DNA of 63,612 nucleotides, counting the filler, from Reticulomyxa filosa (lineage: Eukaryota; Protista; Foraminifera): assembly GCA_000512085.1 (NCBI GenBank). It is 13 parts of 13 records of this genome, joined end to end, with 100 filler letters (N's around TTAATTAATTAA, not from the genome) between each part and the next. Parts side by side here need not be neighbours in the genome. Positions count along the whole stretch, not along the records: positions 47,710 to 54,609 come from ASPP01021177.1; positions 54,710 to 58,631 come from ASPP01012911.1; positions 58,732 to 60,852 come from ASPP01022635.1; positions 60,953 to 62,095 come from ASPP01004906.1; 9 more parts are not named here. One strand, 5' to 3'. Shown here piece after piece: positions 47,731-61,482 of this stretch. A program made the translations under genes and the position numbers. Position 1 is the first letter of the stretch. Every line of letters begins with the position of its first letter. The notes beneath the pieces were generated by a model. It was not told the origin of the DNA and did no database searches. It saw only the letters and a program-made list of their open reading frames with translations.

Positions 47731-49471
47731 TGAAGAGGTAAACAAATTGGCAGATGAAAATTTGAAGCTGCGCACAGAAATGGAGGAATATAACAAATCA
47801 AAAAGCACCGTGTGGCAAGACTTGGAATTCTACAAATTCGCTGCTCGTTCACGCGGTGAAAAAAATGCCATGTTGACACAGCAAGTTTCACAGCTGACAC
47901 AACAAAAGGCAGATTTGACTGAATATTCACAAGTTACAACTTGTTTTGTTTGTTACCAACTTCAAATTCTCAAAAACTCGGAATAAATAAAAAGAAGGAA
48001 AAAATAAAGATATCAATAACAATATTACACATCGATATGAACGAAAATAAACATTAGTCGTTGCTCACTCAGCTGACGGCAGAAAAACATCAAAATCGCA
48101 AATTGCGAGGAAAGATCAAAAAATACATGGAAGTGCAAAAAGAACTCATCACTCGACGCAAGTCACGCAGCATATCTTCGCTGACAAAAAAAAGGTCGTC
48201 GACACTCAGTGTCAGCGAGGAACACAGCGGAAATATGGACAACATCCTCCCCGGCCTTGAATTGCAGCTCACCAATGAATTAAGTTTCGGAGATGGGGCT
48301 GACGATTACGAAACAATCATTGGCGAAGATTATGAAAAGATGGAAACTGAAACACTTCAAATCTTGGAAAAATTGGAACAAGAAACACAAAAGCTTATCA
48401 AAGCAGCAGATGTTGAGAAAAGTGCTTCATATCAACCAAATATGCATTAATAAATAAATGAATCATTTTTATACATGTATTTATATTTATAAATCAATAC
48501 TACCAATAACAGGAAATTCGTGAACAGTCAAAAAAAACAAAAGATTTAACGAAACCTCCACCGGCGAAAAGTAATGATAGTGTTAAGAAAGAGAAGGAAA
48601 CTTACAAATAGCATGCAAACAAAAACAAGAAGAGAGTAAATACACAAAGATATTTTGTCAATTTCTCATATGTAGCTGATAATAATGATAATAATAATAA
48701 TAATATAAATATATAAATAACATATGCAATATGTTCCAAAGGATGCCAAGGCTAAAGCTGGGGTACGTCCGGCCAATCGAGGGGCTTCACCAAATTCAAA
48801 TGGCAACATGACAATCAATATGAGTCCAAATGGGGCCACAAATGGAAATACCACCAATGGCACCACCGAACCACAGCCACGATTGAAAGAGAGACCGAGA
48901 TTATTGAATCCTGCCTCACCTACTTCAGCATCCTCTGGATTTGCGTCACACTCACTATCACTAGCAACAGCGAGTACCACAAATGGAAACGACAGCAATC
49001 CGAAAAATAAGAGCGATAAACCAAACGTGAGTGAAGAAACTGCTGTAACTACCAATGGGCATGCGGCAGAACATAAAACAGGATTAAATGGCGCTGGCAG
49101 TGCCTCCTCTACTGGACCGACCAACAACGGTGTGCCCATTAAACCACCTGCAAAAGATAACGGAGCCGGGGTCCGAACATCTGACATGTTGAAAAGCATG
49201 GATGTCTCATTGACGCTAGTGCTTGAACAATTTGAACGAGAAATGGAAAGTGATAGTGATAAAGAGGAGAAAAAAGATGACGACGATCAAGAAAAGCAAA
49301 CCCATAAGCATAAAAAACACAAGCACAAAAAAAAAAAAAAAGAGAGAGAGAAAAAATAAATCCAAAGAAAAAACTACTGCCGATCCACCAGTCGACAATA
49401 ATGCTAATGGTAATGAAGGAAACAATGCGAACGGTCATGAAGATGACGAGGGACTTTCTGGCATGTGGTAA
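47731..49471 (+). CDS. Coiled-coil/low-complexity hypothetical protein (3' part)
   Basis: Successive + strand exons with heptad-like E/K/Q-rich sequence followed by an N/S/T-rich tail. Confidence 0.55.
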
Positions 49472-50223
49472 TTTCAGGATACTTATCAAATTTTGATTTG
49501 TGTTGTCGTTTTTATCTCTTCCTCCGCTTCAATTTTTATAATTATGGCGGGAAAATTTATAGCATAAAATATATCCTAGTTTTGTATACGTGGAGTTGTT
49601 TGACTAAAATAAAAAATTATTGGACCAATTATTTTTGGTGGTATGGTTGTTTAGTAATCTTCATCCTCTTTTTGTGTTTTTTTTCCGATGTAACTGTTTG
49701 TTTCTGTTGGACTTATTCTTCTATTCAAAGTCCGGTCAATCTTATGAACCTGTTTGTAATTAAATCTTCTCCAAATTTATATTATGCCGAAAGTTTTCAC
49801 AATAAATGTCCTCAAGCTCCTTTTGAAATTTAAAAATTTTTTATGCTAACTAAAAGCCAGAACCAAATATTTTGGGTTCTATTTCATTCAGATTTCAACA
49901 TGGTGAACTTTTGCTAGAATAGTTTTTTTTTGTCAATATTTTAAAAGAGATACCGGCATTAATATGTTTTATGGGGCAAACGAAAGTACAATTTTAGACG
50001 TCTACAACGTGAAGAAGATTCATCAGTGGTTCAGCCAATCTTTGAAAACATCAGCAAATGGAGGTTATATTTCTTTAAAACTTTGGCGTTGCACAAAAAA
50101 ACAAAGCAAAAGAAATTGTTCATTGTTTTTTTTTGCCAGCATTTGTTGATGTCATTTATTTCATAGCACTATGGTTTGAATGCATTAAGTAAAAAAAAAG
50201 GTCAAATCAGATCCATCTCAATA

Positions 50224-53200
50224 TCACAAAACAGAAGCAAATGGCCCATTCTTACTGTAAGAACCCGATCGTAATTTAGCTATGTTCTGTTTTAATTCAT
50301 CAAGAACCGCCTTAGATGCTTTTTTCTGTTCGATAGTTCTTTGATAACTTTTAGTGATCTCTTCAATAAAAAAATCTTCTTCACTTGCAATTTTGGGACC
50401 TCTCGTCTTAATAGGTGTGATCAAAGGGAGATTTGCTGGCATTGTGGATGAAGATGCAGATAACAGAGCATAGTTTCCATTTTGAGGTGCGTTATCTTTC
50501 TTAGCTTTCTTTTGTCGAATATTTTCTGATACGTGGGATTTCACCACATCTGATTCGTTCATTTGCGTCAAACATCGTTTGTGTTTCCAATAGGACTAAA
50601 TTAGATGTTTCAATTTTTTGTTGGTATACACATTGTAAGATTTTGAATATAAATAGCTGATGAGAATATCCATAAAAAGGATAGACATAGAACATACCTT
50701 TCCAACGTGTAAAATAGTTAATTTATCTTTAACACTGAGCCAGTAGTGACTTGATTCAATGGTATAGAGATTATTTTGAGAAGTGGGTTCTGGAGTTAAT
50801 TCAATTGATTTTTTTATCCATTGATGAGCAATTAATCTGATAATATAGTTTGTTCTAGCGGATTTAATCAATTTGACAAATTTATTACATTTCTTTTGGA
50901 GTAATTTCTTTTGTTTCTCTTTTATTAGTCTTTCTTTTTCCAATTTGGTTCGGAACTGTTCTCTTTGATCAATAGCGCGCCTTTCTCGTTCTATCTTTTC
51001 CTGAAGTTTCTTTTCATTTTCGCTTTTTTGCAGTTTGTTGAACATTTCACTTATATTTTGTTTGTGAATAACAGAACGTTCTTGTTGACGCCACTGCTCC
51101 ATAGCTTCTTTGCGATCCTCAATCTTTTCGAGACATCTGAAGTCCACACCTCCTATTTATTGGTAATGGTTGTAAGTTTGAAACAATCATTTAACAGCAA
51201 GTGTGTATGTGTGCGTGTGTGTGAATCCATGGCTTGCAACACAATGCCCCTTCCAACAATTGTTGTATATGGATTAGATTTGTTTATAGTTTATTGTTTT
51301 GTTTTTGTTTGTTTGTTTATGCCTTGAAACAGGCCAAGTTGATCACACTTTTTGAAATTTGGGGAGTCATCACAAAAATAATTCCATCTTCAATTTTTTC
51401 CACTTGACAAAGTTCATCGTTATCCATACAAATGCAAAAATCCCCCACTTGGAGTGACATGTTCTTCAACAAGTGACCAAAGCCGGATTTCTCTTGAGCA
51501 TTGTTTATGTTCAACACAGGAATCGGTGAAAGGGCTCTGTTGTCCTCATCCTGCCAAGTGTTGTCCGTATCTCTGAAATTATGTTCATCTTTGACGCTTT
51601 TGCTTGGTTTCCGAATGGGTGATGACAATACTGCACCAGTGTCAGACAGCCAGGGAACCGACTGATCCGTTTTCGCTGTCTCTTGCGTCCCATCTGCTTG
51701 TTGCGTTAGCAGTACTGTTTCTGTATTTGTGGACTGTGATAAATTTCTATCCAAGATAATACACACATACAAACAAGATTATAATGTTTTAATGCAAAAA
51801 AAAAAAAAAAAAAATGGAAAGAAAGTGAACGTACAAATTAGGCTGCTGTTCGTCTGTGGGAATCAAAGATTTCCATTCATCGCGCTTAGAATTGATCGTT
51901 TCTTGTAACTTTGTCAACATATCAAGTTGCTGATATTCAGACTCGATTTGAGCCAATGACTGAAAATCTCCAAGAGCTAACGCCTTTTTATTTGTTCATA
52001 GATTTCACACAAAACAATACGTCACAAACTCACTTCAGTGTGTCCCTACTCTACTTTTTCCTGCTCCATCTCAACTTCAATACGCTCTTGAAACTTTCGC
52101 ACTTGTGAACTACTGCTCGGCTTGAGTGGTTGTTTCTCACTTTTCTGGGGTTCAGAGATAAATGAATCAAAAAATTTGGAGCCACTTCTATTTTGTCCAA
52201 AACAAGAAATTTTTGTCATCGTCGTTGTTACTGTTGTTGTTTGTGTCCTCCCCTTTTTCATTCATTCAATACACTAACTTTGCTTTTTGTTCATTTTGGG
52301 GCTTTACTTCAGCGCTGGTGTCTGATACGAACCAATCAAAGTTGTTGTTATTGAACGGATCTACTTTGTATGTGTCCTGTAAACAACAGAGAAGGTACGT
52401 GGATGACATTTTGTATTATACTGTCATGTTTGATTTTTCGGCAATGGGTTTATAATTTGAAGAGAAGGAAGGGACACTTAACGTCCATTGGTATTTGTTC
52501 TTCTTTTCCCAGAGCAAAGTTTTGTGATTCTTTCAAGTCTTTACTTGGCATTGCTCCAGTTTGGTCTCTCTTTGTTTTTTTTTGTTTTGTTTGAGATTTG
52601 TATTGCAATAAGAACATCTTCATTAAAAAAAAAAAAAAAGACATTTAGAGAGATATGCGACATACTGTTGTGCTAATCTTGTGAATGGTTTCCAATTCTC
52701 TATCTGCTGCTATATATAATACATTGAACGTCGCCAATCAATTCCAAGAGAGGCAAAGATCAATCATTTATGAAATTGTCCCATAAAAAGCAGAGGTATA
52801 AATGATGTGTACGTGTATGTATATCAAATAATAAAAATAAACAAATAAAAAAAAAGGGACCGGATGATGTTTGTAAGGCTTCTTTTGGGAGTTCAGAGTT
52901 GCTATATGAGCGAATAGGGGTTGGTACCACATAGTGTTTGTCGATGGAAGGGGTAATGAATGGATTGACTACAGAAGGAACGAGAGAGTTGTGACTGTCC
53001 AATTGTTGAAATGCATTATAAAATGTGTTTTCTTCAAACACTTGATATGTGTTTTCTTGGACAATTTTTTGGAGCGAAATTGTGTCAATTCGTCGTAAGA
53101 GATAGTCCTTGCAAGGAAAGCGCTGCATAAGTTTTTTCGTTTTAATCCTTGTTTGCATTGCTTTTATCATGCGTTCAAAAGATTTGGATCCATTTGCAGA

Positions 53201-53772
53201 TTCCATTTGTTTCAAATCAACATCTCCATAATAAGCCGTAATAAAAATTTGCAAGTCCAACTGTACATATATACGTATACATATATACATATATACATAT
53301 ATGTACATATATAATTTTTTTTTTTTTTGGAAATTGTTATTATTATTATTATTGTTGCAACATATTCATATCATATGTTATAACAAGTGATTATTCAAAA
53401 CTTTGTTTTCAAAGCCCATCATATGTATGAATGAAGTAATGGAAGTATTTCTGACGATATCCCCGCAAACGGCAATCCAACGAAGACGAAGCGCATCAAT
53501 GACAAAGTACAAGATGCATTGTTCGACAGGAGTGAGCAGTTTATACAATTCAAAAAATTTCTTTAAGTTGATACGCTCGTAGGAAAGCAACAAGGAGTGA
53601 ATTAGAACAAGATGCTGGTGTTCTCGAAACAGCTGCGGCATGCTGAACAATATATTCAGTGCCATATGTGCACTTTTCTGAAACCAAAAAGATCAAGTAC
53701 AATACCGTACATGCACACATGCACATTGATGGATCAAATCGATTTAATTGTTAATATGTGCATATAAATATA

Positions 53773-53803
<31 letters not shown>

Positions 53804-54550
53804 GTATATGTATATGTATATAAGTGAAAACAAAACTGGATATTTTCTCAATTCGACAAGGACTTGTAACGCGACCACGTGAATGACCACAAATGGAACG
53901 AGAGAAATGTCTTGCGTATTGCTATATTTACCCCGGTAGGACATGACAAGATTGGACAAGATGTTGGGCACATGTTTAATGTTTAGATACTCGCTGTACG
54001 TGACATCAGAGCTGTCTTTGTCGTCGTATTGATTGGATCCCAAAAACGTACTGGTGTACTCATTGCAGAGTGCACTCGAAAAGAAGTGTTTATTGGTCAA
54101 CGTTTCGTCGCACTCGCACAGCAAGAAATGTGAGCAAATGCGAAACCGAACGCAGATTTCCAACAATGACAATCGCAAATCTCCGCTGCCGTGTTGCATG
54201 TACAAATCCTTGACTGCGCTGCGGATGCGATCTTCCAAGTAATTGTATCGAATCACATACGGCACTTTGGTTTTGTTCAGCACGATGTTCATTAAGTATT
54301 GCATGCAAATGAGCAGGACTTCCAGAGGTCTCACATCCGGCATTGATACCACTTGTCCGGCGTTACTTTTCACATACTCTTTCACAAATGACAATTCGTT
54401 GCCGCGATCTTCAAATGGCTTGTACACCTTGTCGTGTTTTATTCGATTTCTCACTTCTCCAGATGGACACATTAGATAGCACGTCGCTTTGGTCTGCTCA
54501 CTTTTCACTTGCTTTTTTTCATATTTGTGATACAATTCCATTCCACTCAA
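50224..54550 (-). CDS. SAC3/GANP family (TREX-2 scaffold-like) protein, multi-exon; link to the distal exons inferred
   Basis: MCPSGEV..R, VKEYVKSNAG, DVRPLEVL..CMQYL, YNYLEDRIRSAVKDL.MQ and LEICVRF are SAC3/GANP motifs. Same-strand exons continue to 50224. Confidence 0.75.
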
Positions 54551-54609
54551 TTGATTCGACTCTGTTGTTTTTTTTTTAAAAAAAAAAAAAAAAAAAAAAA
54601 TATAAAAAA

Positions 54610-54709
54610 NNNNNNNNNNNNNNNNNNNNNNNNNNNNNNNNNNNNNNNNNNNNTTAATTAATTAANNNNNNNNNNNNNNNNNNNNNNNNNNNNNNNNNNN
54701 NNNNNNNNN
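54610..54709. other. Artificial contig spacer
   Basis: N44-TTAATTAATTAA-N44. Confidence 0.98.
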
Positions 54710-54753
54710 TTTTTTTTTTTTTTTTTAAATTTTTTTTTCCCTCTTCGAAACAG

Positions 54754-55389
54754 ATTACTCCGTGGTCATATGATAGTTCCACCTACGAAGAGCTGTACAA
54801 ACGAAATAGATTATATGATCCCACACGAATTATATTGAGAAAGGTACCACTTTCGGTGCAAGACCAAGAAATCTTGGATATTTTTTACGACGAAAATTTG
54901 ATGGGCCACGAAAAATTGGCGCATATTGTCCCTTCCCAATCTACCAATAGTCAACAGTCAAAAAAAAAGGCTTATAAAACAATAACTGTTGAAACCATTT
55001 GGTACAATGCTGCCTTTGTTAAGTCCACCACTAATTACATATTTTTGTATTGTACGTGTCTTTTTTTCCCCAACAAAAACAAAAACAAAAAAAAAAGGAA
55101 ATTCGACAGATATATGTAGATTGAGGCAACTGTGCGTCATCTACAACACTGAGAATGTTCCCGAAAGTTTTTGTTTTTCAATGGACCTTTTTGTGTTGAG
55201 GGCCCAATTAATCTACATATTTTATTATGGTTTTGTGTATAATTTGCTTGGTAGACATTGCAAGAATTAGCTGTTAAATATGGATTTAAACCAAAGTACG
55301 GAAGATGGCCTCAATCACAAACGCTCGAAATTAATGATCTTTATGAAGGCTTGCCTTCACTCGACTCTGAGATAATACCAGATAATTAA
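54754..55389 (+). CDS. Hypothetical protein, 3' exons
   Basis: Exon-like open segments (ITPWSYDSS...TVETIW; ...GFKPKYGRWPQ...IIPDN*) separated by GT-AG introns. Confidence 0.4.
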
Positions 55390-55883
55390 AATAAAAAGCG
55401 ACAATCAAACACAAAGCAATGAAAAATACTGTTTACATCTAAAACAGCCAGTTGCTTGTTTAGTTTCTGTTCAATTTGTAACAAGAAGACAAGAAAATCA
55501 CGGCTGATTGAATGAAATTAAAAAAGAATGATCCAGAGTTTAACAAAATATTTTCTAAAAAAAAAATACATTAAAATAACCAATTGAATTGCCAAACTTC
55601 AAACAGAGTGTCTCAAATTCGTCCGCTATCCAGGGCTTGTTGACTTTTGCTTGTATTTGACTTCTCGTTATTATTATTTTGTTTGCTATTGAGTCAATAG
55701 CCCAATTAAATGCAATTTTCGGTTATCTGTGTTTTTTACAAAACACTTATAAATATCGCACTAAATATCAAAGTTATTCCAGAAGTTCAGAGACGGGGGT
55801 TGAAAAAGTCGTTTCTGTGCAGAGCCGTTCTTTTTTGTTTTCATTCTATTTTAGACATTTGAGGTAGATTTCCCTTATTAAAA

Positions 55884-56603
55884 ATGCCACATTTCCCACG
55901 TGAGGTGTATTGGAAAGGCAACCGAACTGTTCAAGCCGTTTGGTTGGGCACTCAACTAGGAAGTTTTTACGTTTCAAAACTAGTTGTTGACACGAAATTT
56001 TACGATGTTATTTTTGAAAAATTAGGCTTTGCGACACCCAGCAAAGCCAATTCAAAACGTTTGCAAGTATTACTTGCTTGCGTTGCCGTTCGTGCACTGA
56101 GACAGTCCTTGTGGATTATGAAATTTGTCCACACTGACATGAACGTGGGTGGTGCAATATTTGTTAGCTGTTGGAATTTTATTATCGACAGTCTGATGAT
56201 CTTAGGAGCAGCCCGTCATCCAAAAAAGACAGAATCGGATGAGTTGTTAGTTTCTGATTACATTGGCTTGGGTCTATTTGCGTTAGGAAGCATAATGGAG
56301 ACAGGTTATGACTACCAGAAAGATGTCTTCAAAAAGGATCCGGCCAATACAGGAAAACCATTCTTTGGTGGAGTGTTTGGCTCGTTAGTTGTTCATCCGA
56401 ATTATTTAGGTTACACCTTGTGGAGAACTGGAATGTGTGTTTTGTCTGGCCAGTGGTGGACAGCCACAATTCCCACTTTTATAACGTATGACTTTGTCTC
56501 AAGTGCTATCCCCGGATTACAGAAACATTGTGTTGCGAGGTATGGCTCAGAATATCAGAATTACATCAACAAAAAATGGAATTTGATTCCATTTGTTTGG
56601 TAG
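55884..56603 (+). CDS. DUF1295 / steroid 5-alpha-reductase-like membrane protein, intronless
   Basis: GLGLFALGSIMETGYDYQKDVFKKDPANTGKPF..G......HPNYLG..LW, and RYGSEYQNY...LIPFVW. Confidence 0.85.
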   Translation: MPHFPREVYWKGNRTVQAVWLGTQLGSFYVSKLVVDTKFYDVIFEKLGFATPSKANSKRLQVLLACVAVRALRQSLWIMKFVHTDMNVGGAIFVSCWNFIIDSLMILGAARHPKKTESDELLVSDYIGLGLFALGSIMETGYDYQKDVFKKDPANTGKPFFGGVFGSLVVHPNYLGYTLWRTGMCVLSGQWWTATIPTFITYDFVSSAIPGLQKHCVARYGSEYQNYINKKWNLIPFVW

Positions 56604-57344
56604 ATGGTTTTACCAGCAAACAAAAAAGGTTAGATTTTTTTAGCTGGTCAAAAGGTTGGTGTTGTAACGCTTATTTTTTTCAAAAAGTAAACGTTTCATG
56701 TTTACCCTTGCAAGTCATAAAATTAAAAAGTTTTAATAATGTGAATCGGTGCTCAATTAAGCAGAACTATATTTAAAAAAAGTCAAGTGGTTGATTGCTA
56801 TCTAATCCAACAAGGGAACAAACCAACTAAAAAGGACAAGATAAAACAAAAAAACATAATAACCTGTTCTCAATTGGATGTATTCTCCTCTAGCTTTTGT
56901 TTTTTTTTTGTACAAATTTAAAAAAACAACAACAAAAAAGAAATATAAACGCTTAAGTCACGACAACGACAACATATTTACTCCAAAATTTCACAACAAA
57001 AGAAGTAATTACCCGCACAAATGTTGATTTGCTTTCTAAAAGTTACAGCACAACATGTTGTTTACTTTCAATTGGATCAACCTTTTTATTGTGTACCTCT
57101 CATTTTTTTTTTGTCGTTGTTTGTTGATAAAGCAAAGGAGATTAAAAAGAGGAGAGTATTAAAAAACAAACAAACAAACAAAAAAAAGAAAACAAAATGA
57201 TAATAAAAGTTTATTTCTTATGTAGAACAGACAGCGAAAAAAAATAAGACAAAAAATATAAAGAACAAGCCAACACACGCACGCAACTAATGAAATTGGG
57301 TTTAATCAAATAGTAGAAGAGAAGAAAAAAAAAAAGATTAATTT

Positions 57345-58586
57345 TTTTAGAGAATCATGACTGAAATTAGACTGCGGAATGGGATCGACCAACAGTTCAC
57401 GTACGGGTTCTGGAAGGCAAGAAATTTCTTCAGAGGAAAGAGCAATCTTAATGTTATGCACAAACGATTTTTTATCAAATGTTGCCTCCAGAGCGTTATG
57501 TAACTCATCAGTTCCAAATATTGAACGAAGAGTAAATGGTTTGGAGGGATCAGGAATTCTTGGTCCAATCAATTGACTCAAATGATAATATCCATTGGAC
57601 TGTGTTTTGTTTATTGTGTTATATTATTACAAAATAGTTCATAGTAATATTTTACAAAACAAAAACACACACAGCGCACATGCACACAGTGCAACAACAC
57701 AAAAAAAGATAAAGATACTTTGGAAACGATGATAAAAATAACAGGTCCAGAAGTGACATATTTTAGAGCCTGAGGCATTTTGTCAGCAGAGACATCAACA
57801 ATCATCGACTTAAATTCATGGGGTTGCAATGTGAGAATTTTGCAAGCCACCACGTCATATCCATGTGCTATCAAATGTGCTCGTATGGTGTGTTGATGTT
57901 CTTGTGCTGCACTCGGTTTAACTAGCAACAGTGCATAATCCATCTCGCCTCTGTTATTATGATTATTTTTTAATTTGATTAATAAGTTCGGTTTTTCTCC
58001 CTTCTTTTTTTTTTTTTTTTTTTTGCAAGACCAACTCCATTTTGAACACTTTTCATTAAAGTTGCAAAAAAAAAAAAAAAAAAAAAAATTTAAAAAAAAT
58101 TGATAGAGCAATAGATATACTCTCTCTCTCTCAAAACTGATGGGCCTTGGAAGGGGATTGAGCAGGTGGAAATAAATCATTGACCAAAGCTTGCGCATGT
58201 TTTTCATCTTCGGCACAATACACAGCGTTTTGGATGATGTCAACACCAAACTGTGCCCGCAGAGTGTTTGTATGCATTTGCTTGGCGTGAACGGGGTCGA
58301 CAGGACCACACAGATATTTTAAGTGTGCAATAGCGTTGACGCGATACACTTTGACAGCAATCAAAGGCAGTCGACTCTTCCACAAATTGTGGCACCACGT
58401 TTGGTAGTATTTGTGGTCGCGTTGTTTCGCAAGCAATTTGGAAATATACGTCATATCCGGAATTTCGATTTTGATAATGTCACTCACGCAATATTTTTCA
58501 TATATTAAACGCAAACAGATTTCATCCACTGCATTTGGGAAGACTTGTATTACATGTGGTTTGATCAATAGAACCGAAAGCTCCAC
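57345..58586 (-). CDS. Multi-domain nucleoside diphosphate kinase-like protein (NME7/8/9-type); both visible domains lack the catalytic His
   Basis: LLIKPH..GPVDP..AK....TLRAQFGVDIIQNAVYCAE and LLVKPSA..YVTSGPV..LIGP..TLRSIFGTDELHNALEAT. Confidence 0.8.
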
Positions 58587-58631
58587 TCTTTTTTTTTTTT
58601 TTTTTTTTTTTTTTGTGTTTTTTTTTTTTTT

Positions 58632-58731
58632 NNNNNNNNNNNNNNNNNNNNNNNNNNNNNNNNNNNNNNNNNNNNTTAATTAATTAANNNNNNNNNNNNN
58701 NNNNNNNNNNNNNNNNNNNNNNNNNNNNNNN
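58632..58731. other. Artificial contig spacer
   Basis: N44-TTAATTAATTAA-N44. Confidence 0.98.
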
Positions 58732-59085
58732 TTTTTTTTTTTTTTTTACGAACCAAAAAAAAAACAAGACAAAACACACACACATAAAAAAAGCGTTAAC
58801 AAGGATCGGTCAGTTCCCAACTGCTAAGATCGCAAAAATGTGAAAAGAGCATAGAAAAAATTACAACAACAAAAAAAAACAAGCCAAAGGCTGTTCTTAG
58901 GGAGAGGAGGAAAAAAAATGAAAGTAACAAAAAAAAAAAAAGAAAACAAATGGAACAAAAAAAAAAAATCACCCAAACAAAAAAAGTATCGAATCAAAAA
59001 AACCATTAAAAAAAAAAAAATGGTACAAAACAAACCAAAAAAATAGAAAATAGCAAATAAAAGTTAATAAAAAAAGAGCAACTCC

Positions 59086-59957
59086 TCAAAAAAATTGGCC
59101 AGTATATACTTTATCCTTGCCACGTCTTTCGGTATTGGCTCTTTCTCTCTCTCTTTCTCTGTCTCTGTCTCTGTCTCTATCTCTGTCTCTGTCTCTATCT
59201 CTGTCCCTGTCTCGGTCCCTTTCTCTATCCCTATCCCTATCTCTGTCGCGGTCTCCCCTGTCGTCATGGTCAACGTATTTAAAGTGCTGTCGTTCCTGAT
59301 GCAGACGTCGCGAGGACGAAGGCGTGGACTGCAGGACCACAATGGAGTCCCCAGCGGGCTTGGTGTTCATGTCGTGGGATTCGTGCTCGCCGCCCAAGTT
59401 CTCCACGCCCGTGGACACGGGCAGTTGTCCGTAGCCCAAGGAGCTGGAGTGCGTCTGCAGCGGCGGCGGAGGCACCACGTAGTACGCGAACGAGTGCGTG
59501 TCCATGCGACTGCGCATGCTGGGATGGCTCGTCAGCGGCAAAGGATGGGCCGAGCCGCTGGGATAGCCGGAGGATGTGGATTTCACATAATTGTAATAAT
59601 CTTGATCAAGATGGAGATTGGATGATTGCGACGTGATAGGACCATTACCATTGCCATTAATATTGCCATTGCCATCGATATTGTTTGGATCATAATCGCT
59701 TTCCACTATGTCTGCGTCTGTCGCGCCCTTTGGACGATGCTTCTTGCCGGCCCTTTTCCCGTCGCGCTGCTTGTAGCTCCCGCCGTGGGGGAGCGAGTAG
59801 TGACTGCTCTGCGGCGTCAGCACCAACTGGGAGATCTGACCGCTGTTCGTCATCGTCTGTTGCGATTCAAACGATTGCTGCGGAGCCAACTTCGGCACGT
59901 CACTTTGGGCCGCACTCGATTGCAGGTGCGCTGGTGCGTACGTAGATCCATGCGATG

Positions 59958-59988
<31 letters not shown>

Positions 59989-60038
59989 ATGATTGTAATT
60001 CAGCATGTAGTGTTTGTCCGCACGACCTCCACTATATC

Positions 60039-60074
<36 letters not shown>

Positions 60075-60690
60075 GTTATAATTTTTTTTCTTCTCTCTCT
60101 CTCTTCTCTTTGTTAATAGTTGTTTTTTATTTATTTAAAAAAAATATCATACCCGTGATAACCAGGACTACCATGCTTCACTATAGAACGAGATGGATTT
60201 GAACTGTAAAAGTAATTCCTCGTTGCGTCGTACGACTCCACCGAGTGGGCCGTTTGCAACCGCAACGTGGCGTCTTTGCTTGACGCTTCCTCGTGTTCAG
60301 TGTTTTTTCGCTGCTCTCTGTCGCGACTTCGCTTCGGCTTGTCGTTGGACTTGGTGTCCATCGACGTATGGCCAGCCGCCTCGCTGTCCGAAAACAGCAC
60401 GTTGGTTGTGTTTGGATAGTACTCGTGACCCGCCCCGTTCTCGTGTACGTACTTGCCTGTCGTGTAACGCGCATTCGACAAAGGCTTTGGGGGGCTGGAC
60501 TGTGAGTGTCCTGGTCTGTTGCGTGTCTGTCCCTGCCAGCTTGCATGGGGTGATCCTACCGTATCTCCTTGCTTCAAGGGCGTCGTCGATCGAGGTCGAT
60601 CGTATGTCATTCCATTTGACGACGAGCCCATCAACCCTCCGGTGTTCATGTCTTCGTTGCGAGCCAGTTCTCCTCGTAAGCTCTTATTTC
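59086..60690 (-). CDS. Low-complexity protein, C-terminal exons with poly-Q and an RD/RE dipeptide repeat
   Basis: GC-richer open frames 60131-60703 and 59086-60006 separated by an AT-rich intron; (RD)n encoded by hexamer repeats at about 59143-59255. Confidence 0.6.
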
Positions 60691-60852
60691 CTCTATTTCG
60701 CATTTTTTTTTTTTATTTTTTATTTATTTAAAAAGTGTATATATATATTTGTAAACGTATACGTAGATTTATGTATAATTGTTCTAGTATGGACATGCCT
60801 ACGTATACATAAATCTCAAAAAAAAAAAAAAACGTAATGATTTTTTTTTTTT

Positions 60853-60952
60853 NNNNNNNNNNNNNNNNNNNNNNNNNNNNNNNNNNNNNNNNNNNNTTAA
60901 TTAATTAANNNNNNNNNNNNNNNNNNNNNNNNNNNNNNNNNNNNNNNNNNNN
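60853..60952. other. Artificial contig spacer
   Basis: N44-TTAATTAATTAA-N44. Confidence 0.98.
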
Positions 60953-61482
60953 GCTGTTGTTGCTGTTGTTGCTGCTGTTGCTGCTGTTGCTGCTGTTGTT
61001 GTTGCTGTTGTTGTTACTGTCGTTGTCGTCGCCGTTGTTGTTGTTGTTGTTGTCGTTGCCAAGTTGGAACGATTATGTACTTGTGATTGTAAAGAGGATG
61101 CTGATGTTGTGGCAGCTGGTCGGATTCCATTGATCTCCTCTTCCAATCTGGCCGCGCTTTTGCGCGCTTCGATTCTGCGCTTGGCTTCCAATATTTGTAC
61201 TTTCAATTTGTTTTGATATTTCGGATCACTGATCATTCGTCGCGCTTCGGCCAATTTCGCAAAGGCCTTTGCTGCGCTTTCTTTCAATGCACTGTCTTCC
61301 TTTATGCGATCAGGGTGCACTAACAACGACAGCTTCTTGTATTGCTCTTTTATGTCACTCTCTTGGTAATTTATTGGGAGTTGTAACACTTCGATCGGGT
61401 TCACCTTCAGTGCACCCAAGATACTATTTATTGCTGCTTCTCTTTCCGATTCTGTACATTCGTGTAATAATGCGTGCACCTC
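60953..61482 (-). CDS. J-domain protein, DNAJC8/Spf31-like (partial)
   Basis: VNPIEVLQL...IKEQYKKLSLLVHPDR...AAKAFAKLAEA with the HPD motif. Confidence 0.85.
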
